Shown here: one piece after another, positions 20,401 through 30,381 of the stretch
Numbering within the stretch: the stretch's first letter is position 1
Layout: every line of letters begins with the position of its first letter
IMG/VR virus record: IMGVR_UViG_3300032321_002024
Span: 128,001-192,000 of that record
DNA: 64,000 bases
Source: a virus
Lineage: Duplodnaviria; Caudoviricetes
Reading direction: 5' to 3' (one strand)
Notes under the pieces: model-generated
Told to the model about the DNA's origin: nothing
Databases searched by the model: none
Seen by the model: the letters and a program-made list of their open reading frames with translations, nothing else
Translations under genes and position numbers: made by a program

Positions 20401-21399
20401 AGTATTTTGATATACGGAAGTGTTATTTCTATACTCACTCACAAATGTTAAATATTTATCACCACTCAAATTATAAAACGTTTTTGTTGAGGTTCCTGCT
20501 TCAAATCTAGCTAATTTTTGTCCAGTATTTAAGAAAGAATTAAAGGTCGTGACATTTGTAGTAATTGGTGGTTCTGTTTCAAACAAATAAACATCAATAT
20601 AACCTGAAGCTACTGTGTATGTGACATTCATATTAAAAATAGGAGTGTCAATATATCTACAAATAAAATTACTAGCTGTTATTCCTTTATATGGAGTTCC
20701 TCTTTTTGTAGCTTGTGCAGTTATGTTTAAATCACCTGAAACAGATGAAGCTAATGAAAGTGGTAGTCTATATGTCAAAGATTTACTCTGGTGATTAAAT
20801 GTAAATGATTCATCACTTTCATCATATCTCCATCCTTCATAGTATCTATTTCTGGAGGTATCAGAAGAAGTTGCAAAAGAATAACCCTGAATTAACCAGT
20901 CTATTTCTATTAATTTTGTTTCTACTATCCCACATTTAATTCCCGCCGCCGCATCAAACCCTGAAAAAGTTGCACTGTATATAACTTGTTGAATTTTAGA
21001 TAGGTTAGTAGTAGGTCTATCAATAAAAATTAAACAGTTGTTTGTTTCTGATGCAGATTCTGGAAGAGTGTATGCATTTGGCGCCAATGCTCCTGAACTA
21101 CTTAGTTTACCTTGATATGAAAATGTTGAACCTGACTTATAAGGAGGAGTTATTGATAAATTTCTTATAGGATAACCCGAACCACTCTGAGAAGCTGAAT
21201 TGAAACTTCTTACATATGTTTTCCAAATATATGTTTTATTTGATTTGAAGTTATAATTTGTAGATCCTCTAAATTCTAATGTTGATTTTGATGCAACACT
21301 TTGTGTTCCTCTCACTAATCTATTTGGAGTTACAGATGTGCTATAATTCCAATGAACAATTGGACTAGTTGAACCACTATATTGAGAAATCCAAGGCAT
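17437..21399 (-). CDS. Large virion structural protein
   Basis: 1320 aa, S/T/N/F-rich, WxxGxWxxG pentapeptide repeats; 3-nt gap to the upstream 1821-aa gene. Confidence 0.55.
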   Translation of the reverse strand: MPWISQYSGSTSPIVHWNYSTSVTPNRLVRGTQSVASKSTLEFRGSTNYNFKSNKTYIWKTYVRSFNSASQSGSGYPIRNLSITPPYKSGSTFSYQGKLSSSGALAPNAYTLPESASETNNCLIFIDRPTTNLSKIQQVIYSATFSGFDAAAGIKCGIVETKLIEIDWLIQGYSFATSSDTSRNRYYEGWRYDESDESFTFNHQSKSLTYRLPLSLASSVSGDLNITAQATKRGTPYKGITASNFICRYIDTPIFNMNVTYTVASGYIDVYLFETEPPITTNVTTFNSFLNTGQKLARFEAGTSTKTFYNLSGDKYLTFVSEYRNNTSVYQNTLSNIQIIEGYSDTDNNEEFLLTDTDQYFDPITLSPVGASDYATYGVVITTPTTRHEVGVDFFGATGATGSFSGFFSNIYGSIVNLSSQISKIGNGKFKAGVWENGVWNNGLRIDENVFEFDDVSIAIKLSTKNINWRIQIQGSTASVANFEIGDKIAVSNIVAIDINEERKLLTNYYTIVNKTDSLIVVETENNFPIRRIEKDSEIHKILVTKNIWLNGGFLNGYFEGVWNNGLFRGYPYITEMYNSHWTDGTFNGGHFFSDRNWFIFTDTYYYEGYVGLTFGATAHGFIPGDKVIIDKFDKTINADYDGIHTVTEVIDDYLVITDKLWETSTTAEEGIVYKQAPTGLVQNFKFFDNNVASKTTQTSNDLKQIWRFNSWMDLVYKTQSSTNIGSNKILFNASSNNINEVLETHKFGFGDYTAMNLYGYVTDDVLSSTSQFRDSDTFFKRNYSLGTKYQIYQDFLGDISEFNNSFDSNPELGNLENFYADGWTYSFSGILATYSFLNRYIKQRTTVQDFTSYDYAGPSANLSPTFSFNGGGPIWGTVSFNSLVENSFGLLLSEDVSNQSFGVSISGAYQVNINIPANFYTAAYAPGIASGIDNDRLYLAGNSIVGELRLVKFDELNKGFNILSKKIIKTTGGDFNVGVDSFEEGEDFAEYESDLNLTIDWKGELKSGDKLRVLFQRCRTIIQNYNLAGPWRGSGFDTGAGPQFTNPVSLNDNITDAAVRWRFGTASTISINNEGVDQSIGFNINRTANKTLQYESDKEISFFTLNNTNINIEKNRYSMIEFDIIQQPDSLLNIFSYGTQSFNLQFHTIDLYNFTNKINSNSSYGPTHSFPAGYDPIIDPFNDYLSIYSNGIDYKYSGQTTIKEFFYNRPGLDLGFWNFNTQYTENDTTKIHEVDNVKFYEVDMIPFFQYTTEEYINKQIQVPLIGVAPIIDYSDENFNFVGNIQISLDGISVNSNLVASTIFVNATTPGTLGGGSVTS

Positions 21400-21402
21400 C
21401 TT

Positions 21403-24400
21403 TTAATTTATTTTTTTAAATTCTATTCCTAACTTAGAATAATCAACTTTATAATAACCATCTTCTAAAATTACAGATTCTCTAAATTCGGTATCTAAGA
21501 GTTCTTGTGCTATCACACCTCTATAAATTTCTCCTGGTTTATCTATATATTCAAAATTGTATACATTAATACCATTTACACAATCTACTAATTCAATAAT
21601 GTTCTTAAGCCTTAAATCTGATGGAAATGAAAGAGTTGGAAAAACTATTACACTTTGAAATCCTGCTAGGGGTTGAGATCCTGGCATATTACTTACTTCT
21701 ATCCCAGACTGGCTTTCTTCAAAGACATTCCAAAAATGAACTGAGGATGTTCCACTATAAGACATTCCTCTAAAAAGAATTTGTCTATTGAAGTCTGATG
21801 CAATCAATCCATTATAATCAATGTGTGAACCAAACCAGTTACCATTTCTCCATAAACCATCTTCCCAGAAAACATTATAAGCATTCATGTAATTACTTGT
21901 TCCGTTTCTCCAAACCATTCCATATGCCGTTCCTGATAAAAACTTTCCTGTTTTCCACTGAGAAATATAAAACTCACTTTCTGAAAAGAATCCATCTTGC
22001 CATAAACAACTTCCTTCACCTGTAGATAAATCATCATTTAAATTAAAACTTTGACTCGGAGATCCATTTCTTTTAACATAAGGATTAAACGAACTCAATT
22101 CAAATCTACCTTTCATGAAATTTCCATCTAACCAAGCACTATTGTAAAATTTACCACCTGGATGACTGAATGTTCCTCCTAACCACAACATATTTTTGAA
22201 GTTAGCAATAGTTAAAGGTTTTTTAAACTCAATTGATCTAGTCTGTTTAGTAAACAATTTCTTAGTTTTAATAAACTCATCTTTGTTATTTGTTACAAGT
22301 CCACTATTCCATTTACCATAAAAATCACTAGTAAAAGAGTCAACAAATGAATCAACGTTTGAAGTTGTCATTCCGTCTGGCTCATTTCCACCCACTGCTG
22401 AATATGTAGCACTTCCTATGAAATCACCTGATTGGAACACACCGTCATTCCATAACCTACCAGTGAATTTGCCAGCATTAAACTCACCTGTAAACCAGAT
22501 TGAATTTGTTCCTACATTAGCATTTCCAAATTCACCACCGTTAAATTCACCATCTTCCCATCCATAATCAATCTGAGCTGTTGTAGCATAAGTCCAACCA
22601 AATCCTGAAATGAATTTACCACCATTAAATATACCAGTTTTCCATTTACCATTAGTTTGGAACTCACCTCCATTAAACTCACCATCATACCAAGTAGCAG
22701 TGTGATAAGAAGCAGGTTGATTTAAAATGTCACATCCAAAAACACCAGCATTGAAAGTTCCTGTTTCCCATAATATAGTAGATGTTGAAGCTCCAAGAAA
22801 AGAAGTATCTTCTGCATAAAGTTTAGCATTTTCAACTATTGATGTTTTTATCTGTCCATTATAAAACTTAGTATCTGAGAATGAAAGTGTGTTATCACCA
22901 ATTATACCTTTACTAAATGTTCCTGAATACCATTTTGAATTATAAAATTTACCATTTAAGAAATCACCAGATTCCCAATCACTTTTAACAAATTCTCCAT
23001 TTACAAAAGTTCCTTTTCTCCAAGAATATCTATCATTTGCTAAAATATCAGAAGTATTTCCTTTTTTCCAACTTGAATATATTCTATCTACATCATAATA
23101 TTGAAAAACACTATCTGGAATAGCATTGAAACTTTTTGATTGATAGAATTTCCCAGTAACAAATCTTCCATTATGCCAACTTGATTCTTTAACAAGACCT
23201 TTTGAGAAGGTTCCGCTATTCCATATTGAGTTATTCCATAAACCATCATACCACAAATCGTCACCTAAAGCTATATTTGAGTTGACATAAGATGCTTTAG
23301 ATAAGATATTTTTATTGTTTATAAATAGATTTTCAATATTTATCAATTTCTTAAAGTTTAAGATATTATTAAAATCTATATCCGTTAAGTCAATTGTATT
23401 ATCTTCAATTAAAGAATTATATAAATAAGTTCTTCTTAGAAGTCCTCTCTTAACGTATGTTTTATTAAATTTAAGAGTGTGTAAATAACCCCATCTATTA
23501 CTTGAGTTTTTGGTGTAACTAACACCACCAGTTAATAAATTAGAAATCACAGTAGATGATGTAGCAATTACTTTTAAACTAATCTCATCATTTACTATTG
23601 AGGTAATTTTGTATGAATCAGGTAATTTTGTAACAGATCCAGTTGTTGATAAAACTTCTACAATAGCATCTCCGTTTCCTCCAACTATTGTTAATAATTC
23701 ATTTTCAACAAATTGAATTCCACCATTTGAAATAGTGACTGAAATAATTTCACCATTTGTGATTGATGTGATTGAGAATGTTGCTGGGTTCGGACTTGTG
23801 TAACCAGGAACATAAACCACGTCTCCTACTAAATATCCACTTCCTGGATTTACTACCGTAACCGATGCTATATTTGAACCACTAAGAACAGCGTTTAAAG
23901 TCAATCCTGTTCCCGATGTTGATACTGGTTGTGCGGTAACTGGATTAGAAATAGAAGGATATGTATGTGAGTTATTTGCCGGTCCCGTAACTCCAGTTAC
24001 ACCACCTATAGCAGTAGCTGTTATTAAAACAGTTGCTTGTGTTCCTGAACCACCAGATAATTGAATTCCTGAACCACTTACATATCCAGTTCCTGGAGTG
24101 TTCAATTGAATTGTCAATAATTTACCAGTAGTATCATAATCAACTGAATTTAAAAACATAACATTTCCAACTTTAATAGTATCATCTGTTGTTTCTTGAT
24201 GTTGATTATATAAACCTGTTTTAGCAATAATAGTAGAACTTTGAGTAAGGAATGTTAAATCGTAAAAACCACCACCATTTGAAAACTTTGTAATATTTAA
24301 ATCATTGTTATAGTTTATGTTACTTCCTGAATTCCAATTAGACCTTTCAATAATTCCACTTTCAAAGTCTGAATCAATAACATATCCAATTGCTCCTGGT

Positions 24401-26868
24401 CTTGGTGAGATAGCAACTTTTGGTGTTAGTGTAGGAGGTGCTATAACTGGGTTGTATGCAATTGAACTTGTAATAGTTGTTAATGTGTTAGAAGGTGATA
24501 ATTCCCACGAGTAACTAGCACTACTAACTGGTAAAGAACCTGTCCATCCTAATGACATCCAAAATGTTCCAGATGCTGAACCATAAGATGCGTCAAAATA
24601 TTGATAATGTTCCCATCTTGAATTTGAAGCGGTATAGAAGATATAACTTTGAGTTATTCCAGTTCCACTTGTAAGAATGTAATATGGTTTAGTATCATAA
24701 TAACCGGAAGGATTTCTTACTTCGATGAATTCTGTCCCACTATCTGTATATGTAAATCTAATAGTTTCATCTGTATAGATTGTGAATGTATCACCAGGTC
24801 TGTCAAAATCAAGTCCTGTAATATAGTTATCATCTCTATCGTAAGTAGCGACAAAAACATCAATTGAGTAGTTTTGATTTGAGTTGGTTCCTGCTAATTC
24901 GGTCCAATAGTTAGTTCCATCAGTTACGGTTGTTAAAAGATTCTTATTTTCAAGAGGTGTTGATAAATAAGCTGTAGCTGACATACTTCTTTTAAAGAAA
25001 GAGTATGTTCCTACAATAGAAGAAACTCCAACTGTTGGTGGTGATGTAAAGTTTGGATCAGTTGGACTATAGAAATCATCAAAATATTCTGTCCAAGTTC
25101 CTAATTTAAATTTCTTATCAAAGAAGTTTACTAACTTCTTTTGACCATCGTTTATTATAATATTTTTAAGATAAAAATAATCATCTTTTCTAAATCTCTC
25201 AAAATCTCTCTTTGAAATATAGAACTTATACAATTTATGAGACGGTCCATTTCTTTGAGAAAAAGTAGCCGATGTCGCTAAAGGACTTGACCATCTCCAT
25301 TCAGATATGTTTAACTCTTCATAATTCAATATTTTTATAATCTCATCACTAATATAATCCGAATTCTTAACAACTGATTGTTTAAAATAAGAATTAATTG
25401 ATTTTATATTATTAAAAAGTGTGTTTTTTGATCTTGCATTTTTAATCTCTGAATTTTCAATTTTTGCATTGTTGAATTCGCAGTTATCAAAATATCCTTT
25501 TTTAATAGTATTAGGGTAAGAAATGTTATTATTTATAATATGTTGTTCAACAATAGAGTAAGTTGATGTTCCTAAACCAATACTTGTGCTAATTAAAGTA
25601 GCATTTTCCACTGTAGACCTGTTTAAATCCGAGTCAATTATAAAATTAAATCCTCTACCGTTGTTGTTAGGACCGTTTTGTTTTTGATTAGGTATTCCAT
25701 ACTGGTCATATTCACAAAAATAACTTTCAGCTAGTGTGAATTTTGAATTAAAAGTTCCTTTAATCCAGTTTGTATTTAAAAGTGTTCCAGTATTCCAAGT
25801 TGATCTTGCTCCGGTCCAAGTTATTTTCTTATCTTGTCTTCCAAAAAGACCAACATTCCAGACACCATCAAAATTTCCATCTCTAAAGTTTCCCTTTGTT
25901 AGAATTGGTCTTGAGTATTTTACATCTACTACCCATAGAGATTGAGTAGGTCCAACTTCATATTTATAAACAAAGTTTTCTTTAAAACTTCTGGAAAAAT
26001 TTGAAAAAGTAAATGATCCACCTAATACCTTTAATCTACCATTATTATAGTTTATAGGTGACTCTGCATATGAGAAAGATCCAAGTATAAAAGAAGATGT
26101 AATATTGTTCCACGAATAAGTTCCATTTGAAAGAACATTCTGGTCATCTCTTACAAAAAATCCTGATTGAGTGATACCACCATTTACTCCCCATTCTGGT
26201 CCAGAATTTGAAGCAAACGTATTTTTTGTAAAAATAAAATTATTATTGTATAAATTGAATTTATAGTCAATAAATCCATTTCTAGTTGTTAGTTGTCTAT
26301 TAACTGATTCAAAATCACTCTTTGTCTCAACATAATGAACTTTAACAAAGTTGTCTAAGTTCTCTTCAATCCATGGCAACATACCTGTATAATCATAATC
26401 TAATACTATTCTACAGTTATCTACAAAAAGAACTTTATACCCATCTCTTCCTCTTTTATATTTATCTTCTTTGATTAATAAATCACTATCGTAATTTCCA
26501 TTTATTATGAAAACTCTATCTCCAATTTTTAGTCCAGAGTTAACTTCTGTATAAAAAAGAGTCTTTCTTACTCCGGATATAATGTAAGGCTCAACCCAGT
26601 TTAAGAGTCTTGGACTCATTGGTTTATCTGTCTCGTCTAAAGAAAGAGTTGTGTCAAATCCAACAATATTGGAATCAAATCCTAAACTTGAATAAAAAGT
26701 ATAATCGATTAGTCTAGGCTTTATTGAGACTAGATTCTTTAACTTATTTTTAAGAAGTTTATTCGTGTTTATTGTGACACTTGTATTTAAAGTGGTTGAC
26801 GCTGTTTTTCCAGAAAAAATCTTTTGAAGTCCAATTTTACTAAAACTCAATCCACCAATTGTAGGCAT
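21403..26868 (-). CDS. Large tail fibre/spike protein with C-terminal S74 intramolecular chaperone
   Basis: Many W-x-x-G-x-F-x-x-G pentapeptide repeats; C-terminal SDLRLKNI...GVIAQEL...VDYSKL. Confidence 0.7.
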   Translation of the reverse strand: MPTIGGLSFSKIGLQKIFSGKTASTTLNTSVTINTNKLLKNKLKNLVSIKPRLIDYTFYSSLGFDSNIVGFDTTLSLDETDKPMSPRLLNWVEPYIISGVRKTLFYTEVNSGLKIGDRVFIINGNYDSDLLIKEDKYKRGRDGYKVLFVDNCRIVLDYDYTGMLPWIEENLDNFVKVHYVETKSDFESVNRQLTTRNGFIDYKFNLYNNNFIFTKNTFASNSGPEWGVNGGITQSGFFVRDDQNVLSNGTYSWNNITSSFILGSFSYAESPINYNNGRLKVLGGSFTFSNFSRSFKENFVYKYEVGPTQSLWVVDVKYSRPILTKGNFRDGNFDGVWNVGLFGRQDKKITWTGARSTWNTGTLLNTNWIKGTFNSKFTLAESYFCEYDQYGIPNQKQNGPNNNGRGFNFIIDSDLNRSTVENATLISTSIGLGTSTYSIVEQHIINNNISYPNTIKKGYFDNCEFNNAKIENSEIKNARSKNTLFNNIKSINSYFKQSVVKNSDYISDEIIKILNYEELNISEWRWSSPLATSATFSQRNGPSHKLYKFYISKRDFERFRKDDYFYLKNIIINDGQKKLVNFFDKKFKLGTWTEYFDDFYSPTDPNFTSPPTVGVSSIVGTYSFFKRSMSATAYLSTPLENKNLLTTVTDGTNYWTELAGTNSNQNYSIDVFVATYDRDDNYITGLDFDRPGDTFTIYTDETIRFTYTDSGTEFIEVRNPSGYYDTKPYYILTSGTGITQSYIFYTASNSRWEHYQYFDASYGSASGTFWMSLGWTGSLPVSSASYSWELSPSNTLTTITSSIAYNPVIAPPTLTPKVAISPRPGAIGYVIDSDFESGIIERSNWNSGSNINYNNDLNITKFSNGGGFYDLTFLTQSSTIIAKTGLYNQHQETTDDTIKVGNVMFLNSVDYDTTGKLLTIQLNTPGTGYVSGSGIQLSGGSGTQATVLITATAIGGVTGVTGPANNSHTYPSISNPVTAQPVSTSGTGLTLNAVLSGSNIASVTVVNPGSGYLVGDVVYVPGYTSPNPATFSITSITNGEIISVTISNGGIQFVENELLTIVGGNGDAIVEVLSTTGSVTKLPDSYKITSIVNDEISLKVIATSSTVISNLLTGGVSYTKNSSNRWGYLHTLKFNKTYVKRGLLRRTYLYNSLIEDNTIDLTDIDFNNILNFKKLINIENLFINNKNILSKASYVNSNIALGDDLWYDGLWNNSIWNSGTFSKGLVKESSWHNGRFVTGKFYQSKSFNAIPDSVFQYYDVDRIYSSWKKGNTSDILANDRYSWRKGTFVNGEFVKSDWESGDFLNGKFYNSKWYSGTFSKGIIGDNTLSFSDTKFYNGQIKTSIVENAKLYAEDTSFLGASTSTILWETGTFNAGVFGCDILNQPASYHTATWYDGEFNGGEFQTNGKWKTGIFNGGKFISGFGWTYATTAQIDYGWEDGEFNGGEFGNANVGTNSIWFTGEFNAGKFTGRLWNDGVFQSGDFIGSATYSAVGGNEPDGMTTSNVDSFVDSFTSDFYGKWNSGLVTNNKDEFIKTKKLFTKQTRSIEFKKPLTIANFKNMLWLGGTFSHPGGKFYNSAWLDGNFMKGRFELSSFNPYVKRNGSPSQSFNLNDDLSTGEGSCLWQDGFFSESEFYISQWKTGKFLSGTAYGMVWRNGTSNYMNAYNVFWEDGLWRNGNWFGSHIDYNGLIASDFNRQILFRGMSYSGTSSVHFWNVFEESQSGIEVSNMPGSQPLAGFQSVIVFPTLSFPSDLRLKNIIELVDCVNGINVYNFEYIDKPGEIYRGVIAQELLDTEFRESVILEDGYYKVDYSKLGIEFKKIN

Positions 26869-26939
26869 AAAAATTATATAACTTTAAGACTATATATAAA
26901 TTTTCAAAGAGTTTCTATCTATGTTAAACTTATTTTACT

Positions 26940-26947
26940 TACATTTG
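26940..26947 (+). promoter_or_regulatory. Bacteroidota-type sigma70 -7 element (TACATTTG)
   Basis: Matches TAnnTTTG 9 nt upstream of the sirtuin ATG. Confidence 0.6.
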
Positions 26948-26956
26948 TAAAATATT

Positions 26957-27667
26957 ATGGAAAAGAAAAAAATATTAATATTTACTGGAGCTGGAGTGTC
27001 TGCTGAAAGTGGTGTTGCTACATTCAGAACTGGTGATGATGGATTGTGGTATAATCACAAAGTAGAAGATGTTGCTACTCCAGATGGGTGGCGTAGAAAT
27101 AAAGAAAAAGTCTTAAATTTCTACAATATGCGTCGTGCTCAACTTAAAGAGGTTGAACCAAATTTGGCACACCAAATAATTTCTGATTTAGAAAAAGATT
27201 TTGATGTTGTGATTGTGACGCAAAATGTTGATAATTTACACGAAAGAGCTGGTTCTACTAATATAATTCATTTACACGGTGAATTAACAAAAGTTCGTTC
27301 TACTTTAGATTCTACTTTAATTTATGATTGGACTGAAGATTGTAATATAGGTGATAAATGTGAGAAAGGTTCTCAGTTAAGACCACATATTGTTTGGTTT
27401 GGAGAAAATTTGAATCCAAAAATGATTGAAAGAGCTGAAGAATCTGCTTATGAGTGTGATATCTGTATTATTGTAGGAACTTCAATGCAAGTTGCTCCAG
27501 CAAATCAAATTCCATTTTTAACAAAACCCAATACACTTATTTATGTAGTTGATCCAGCTGAAATGGATTTTCATATTGACAAACAAAGAAAACCATTTTT
27601 ATATCTTATTAAGGAAGTTGCTTCAGTTGGAATGGAAAAAGTTAAAAACGATTTAATAAATTTATAA
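26957..27667 (+). CDS. cobB: Sir2/CobB NAD-dependent deacylase
   Basis: GAGVSAESGVATFR, TQNVDNLHERAG, HLHGEL, LRPHIVWFGE, VGTSMQVAPA. Confidence 0.92.
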   Translation: MEKKKILIFTGAGVSAESGVATFRTGDDGLWYNHKVEDVATPDGWRRNKEKVLNFYNMRRAQLKEVEPNLAHQIISDLEKDFDVVIVTQNVDNLHERAGSTNIIHLHGELTKVRSTLDSTLIYDWTEDCNIGDKCEKGSQLRPHIVWFGENLNPKMIERAEESAYECDICIIVGTSMQVAPANQIPFLTKPNTLIYVVDPAEMDFHIDKQRKPFLYLIKEVASVGMEKVKNDLINL

Positions 27668-27669
27668 TT

Positions 27670-27852
27670 ATGAAAAATAAATACAACACATACAGCACAT
27701 ATAATGACTATGGTAATTATGTAGATATAAATGATTATATAAAAGAATATGGTGATTGGACTACATATGATCCTGAGACCAAAGAGGAAAGATTGGCTCG
27801 TGAAAAAGTTGAAAAAAGAAATGATAAAATAAATTTGATATTAAATGATTGA
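27670..27852 (+). CDS. Small hypothetical protein with C-terminal RxxKIxxIL motif
   Basis: 60 aa, ends KRNDKINLILND. Confidence 0.6.
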   Translation: MKNKYNTYSTYNDYGNYVDINDYIKEYGDWTTYDPETKEERLAREKVEKRNDKINLILND

Positions 27853-28441
27853 AGAAATAGAACCACATACTGACTTAATAAAATACTTTGAAATTACTCA
27901 CAATTTCAAATCAGATTTATCGGTCAATGTTTTTACAGATAACGGTGAACATTATAATGTTTTAAGTGATATTGACCAAAATATATTCTTACTTAAAAAA
28001 TTAAATGAATTTGATTTTTTAAAAGAAGAAAATCATATTTGTGATTGTGGAATTGGATTAGGAAATGCTCTTTTTGAAATTTATTTACAGTCTTTAGATA
28101 TAAATAAAAATTTCTATTTCTATGGTGTTGAAAAACAAGATGTTTATATAAAATTTATTATTGATAATTTATCACATCTTTGGAAAGATAAACTTAGTCT
28201 TATTAAAGATGATATTATGAATGTAGATTATTCTAAATTCAATATAGTTTATTCATATTCTCCTTTCAATAATAAAAAACAATTAGAGAAAATGTATCAA
28301 AAGATAGTCAATGAAATTCAATTAGGTTCTATTATAGTTGAAAATGCTAACTTAGGAAAAGGACACTTTGAGTTATTAAGAGAATTTACTGAGTTAGAAG
28401 AGATAGATTTAGATGGACTATACATATACAAAAAGATATGA
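27845..28441 (+). CDS. Class I SAM-dependent methyltransferase
   Basis: ICDCGIGLG, YGVEKQ, DDIMNVDYSKFNIVYSYSPF; paralog of 62289-62897. Confidence 0.75.
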   Translation: MIEEIEPHTDLIKYFEITHNFKSDLSVNVFTDNGEHYNVLSDIDQNIFLLKKLNEFDFLKEENHICDCGIGLGNALFEIYLQSLDINKNFYFYGVEKQDVYIKFIIDNLSHLWKDKLSLIKDDIMNVDYSKFNIVYSYSPFNNKKQLEKMYQKIVNEIQLGSIIVENANLGKGHFELLREFTELEEIDLDGLYIYKKI

Positions 28442-28638
28442 AAGATATCAACAAATATCTCAATGATTTAATGAAATCTGGAATTGACCCAAGTAAAACT
28501 AATATTGTTTTGGGAAAAGCCAGACAAACTGGTAAAAGTTGGTCAACTGCATCTTTAATGGCTTGGAAAGAATTACATTCTAAATATGAGAGAGCTCGGT
28601 TAAGAAAAGAAAGTATAAATAAAATCTTTAATATATAA
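28438..28638 (+). CDS. Mini-protein resembling a terminase large subunit Walker-A fragment
   Basis: IVLGKARQTGKSWSTA resembles the T4 gp17-type xRQxGK(S/T) motif; ends RKESINKIFNI. Confidence 0.55.
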   Translation: MKDINKYLNDLMKSGIDPSKTNIVLGKARQTGKSWSTASLMAWKELHSKYERARLRKESINKIFNI

Positions 28639-28655
28639 CAAAAATTAAATTTTTT

Positions 28656-29216
28656 ATGAATTTACAAGAACTACTTAATAAATGGAATATCAAATGTGAT
28701 GTTAATACACTGCTTTCAATGTGGAATGAATCACACAGATCTTATCACACTTTAAATCATTTAAATGATGTTATTGACCAAATCAATGAGAATAAATCTA
28801 AATACTCTGGTAAAGAATATGAGAAATTGATGTTGACTGCTCTTTTCCACGATTGTGTTTATGACCCAATGAAAAGTGATAACGAAGAAAAATCTGCTAA
28901 ATTCTTTATTGAGTGTTGTTTAGATAAATCTAATTCAGATGTTTTAGAAGTAAAACAAATGATTTTAGATACAAAGACTCACGAAGCTACAACAAACCTT
29001 TCAGAGTCATTTAATCACTATGATATGAGTATTGTTGAAAGAGATTTTGACCAATTATTGGAATGGGAAAATGGTATTGCGGAAGAGTATAAAGGTTATG
29101 ATAAAGTAGTTTATAAAAATGGTAGATTAAAATTCTTAGAATCTTTATTGGACAAATATCCTCATAATACAGAGAACTTACTTAAATTAGCTGAGTGGGT
29201 TAAAACTAACTACTAA
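28656..29216 (+). CDS. HD-superfamily metal-dependent phosphohydrolase
   Basis: RSYHTLNH, ALFHDCVYDP, DNEEKSA. Confidence 0.82.
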   Translation: MNLQELLNKWNIKCDVNTLLSMWNESHRSYHTLNHLNDVIDQINENKSKYSGKEYEKLMLTALFHDCVYDPMKSDNEEKSAKFFIECCLDKSNSDVLEVKQMILDTKTHEATTNLSESFNHYDMSIVERDFDQLLEWENGIAEEYKGYDKVVYKNGRLKFLESLLDKYPHNTENLLKLAEWVKTNY

Positions 29217-29217
29217 A

Positions 29218-29688
29218 ATGGATATAAAGACCTGGGATAGTTTCTTAAAAGAGTCTAAAATGGAGAAGAAAGTCATAATGAATATGTTTATTTGTAGACG
29301 AGAGTTTCCAATAGGAACATCAAATATGAATCCTAATTGGATAAAATGTGTTGAGATTCTAAGAACTATAAAATTTCCAACAAGTGTTGAAATATCAAGA
29401 GCTAGCAGTAGAGGATTAGGAGTTCAGGCACTCTTAGATACAAATATTGAAGATTCTGCTTCTTTTTGTAGAGGTTTATTAGATAAATTTTTACCTGAGG
29501 TTCCATTAATAGTAATATCAGAAGTTAATTTACAAATTAAAGACTCTCCAATAGGTCACTGGCAAGATGATGATTTAGTTCAACCAGGTAGATATTTTGA
29601 TAGGTTAGTAAGTGAGGGAGAAACTGGATTAGTAATTTGTGATGAAAACACACCTAAGATAATTAAAAGAACAGATAGAAATTTATAA
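29218..29688 (+). CDS. Hypothetical protein with capsid-targeting-like N-terminus
   Basis: Starts MDIKTWDSFLKES. Confidence 0.6.
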   Translation: MDIKTWDSFLKESKMEKKVIMNMFICRREFPIGTSNMNPNWIKCVEILRTIKFPTSVEISRASSRGLGVQALLDTNIEDSASFCRGLLDKFLPEVPLIVISEVNLQIKDSPIGHWQDDDLVQPGRYFDRLVSEGETGLVICDENTPKIIKRTDRNL

Positions 29689-29693
29689 GATAT

Positions 29694-29723
29694 AAAAAAA
29701 CCTCTCAATTGAGAGGTTTTTTT
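29694..29723. terminator. Bidirectional intrinsic terminator
   Basis: A7-CCTCTC-AATT-GAGAGG-T7 between convergent genes. Confidence 0.85.
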
Positions 29724-29738
29724 CATATATTTAATGAT

Positions 29739-30323
29739 TTATTTTTTATATCCACCTTTTGCTGTTTTTTGATACCCAAAATACATTATAAACCAATAAC
29801 CATGTTGTTGTTCAAATCTATAAACCATCTCAGGATACTTTTCTTTTATCATAGTTGAAAGTTCGACTCCTAATTTATTCGCATATTCCAATGTTTCAGG
29901 GCCTTCTGTAAAATTTTGTCCAAATTTGCGTGTAATTTTTCCTCCATCTTTTTGTAAAATTTTCTCCACTTCATTTCCCGGAACAGCAACCATTACAAAT
30001 TCTTCTTTTTCATTGATGTGTAATTTCACAGGAACAGAACCAAACTCACCAGTTGCGACTTTATTAATTGTTGATTGTTCTCTATCACCACCTTTCCACT
30101 GATAAGCATTCTTTTTATTAGGACCAACAGACAATCCGGATTTAACCATACCTTTTTCTGCTAATTCTTTTAATTTCTGATCAGATATTTTTTCTTCAAT
30201 TTCAACAGGAAATCCTTTACTTTTAAAGAAAGAATACATTTGTTTAGACATTTGTTTCAATTCCAAAATATCTTCTTTAATCAGTTCGTAATTAAAATTT
30301 TCAAATAATTTAATATGTTTCAT
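29739..30323 (-). CDS. Hypothetical protein with capsid-targeting-like N-terminus
   Basis: Starts MKHIKLFENF; TAATATATA at 30348-30356 (minus). Confidence 0.7.
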   Translation of the reverse strand: MKHIKLFENFNYELIKEDILELKQMSKQMYSFFKSKGFPVEIEEKISDQKLKELAEKGMVKSGLSVGPNKKNAYQWKGGDREQSTINKVATGEFGSVPVKLHINEKEEFVMVAVPGNEVEKILQKDGGKITRKFGQNFTEGPETLEYANKLGVELSTMIKEKYPEMVYRFEQQHGYWFIMYFGYQKTAKGGYKK

Positions 30324-30381
30324 ACAATTACGTTTTTTTTCTAATGTTATATATTAAAATTTACAACCAAATATATAAAAT

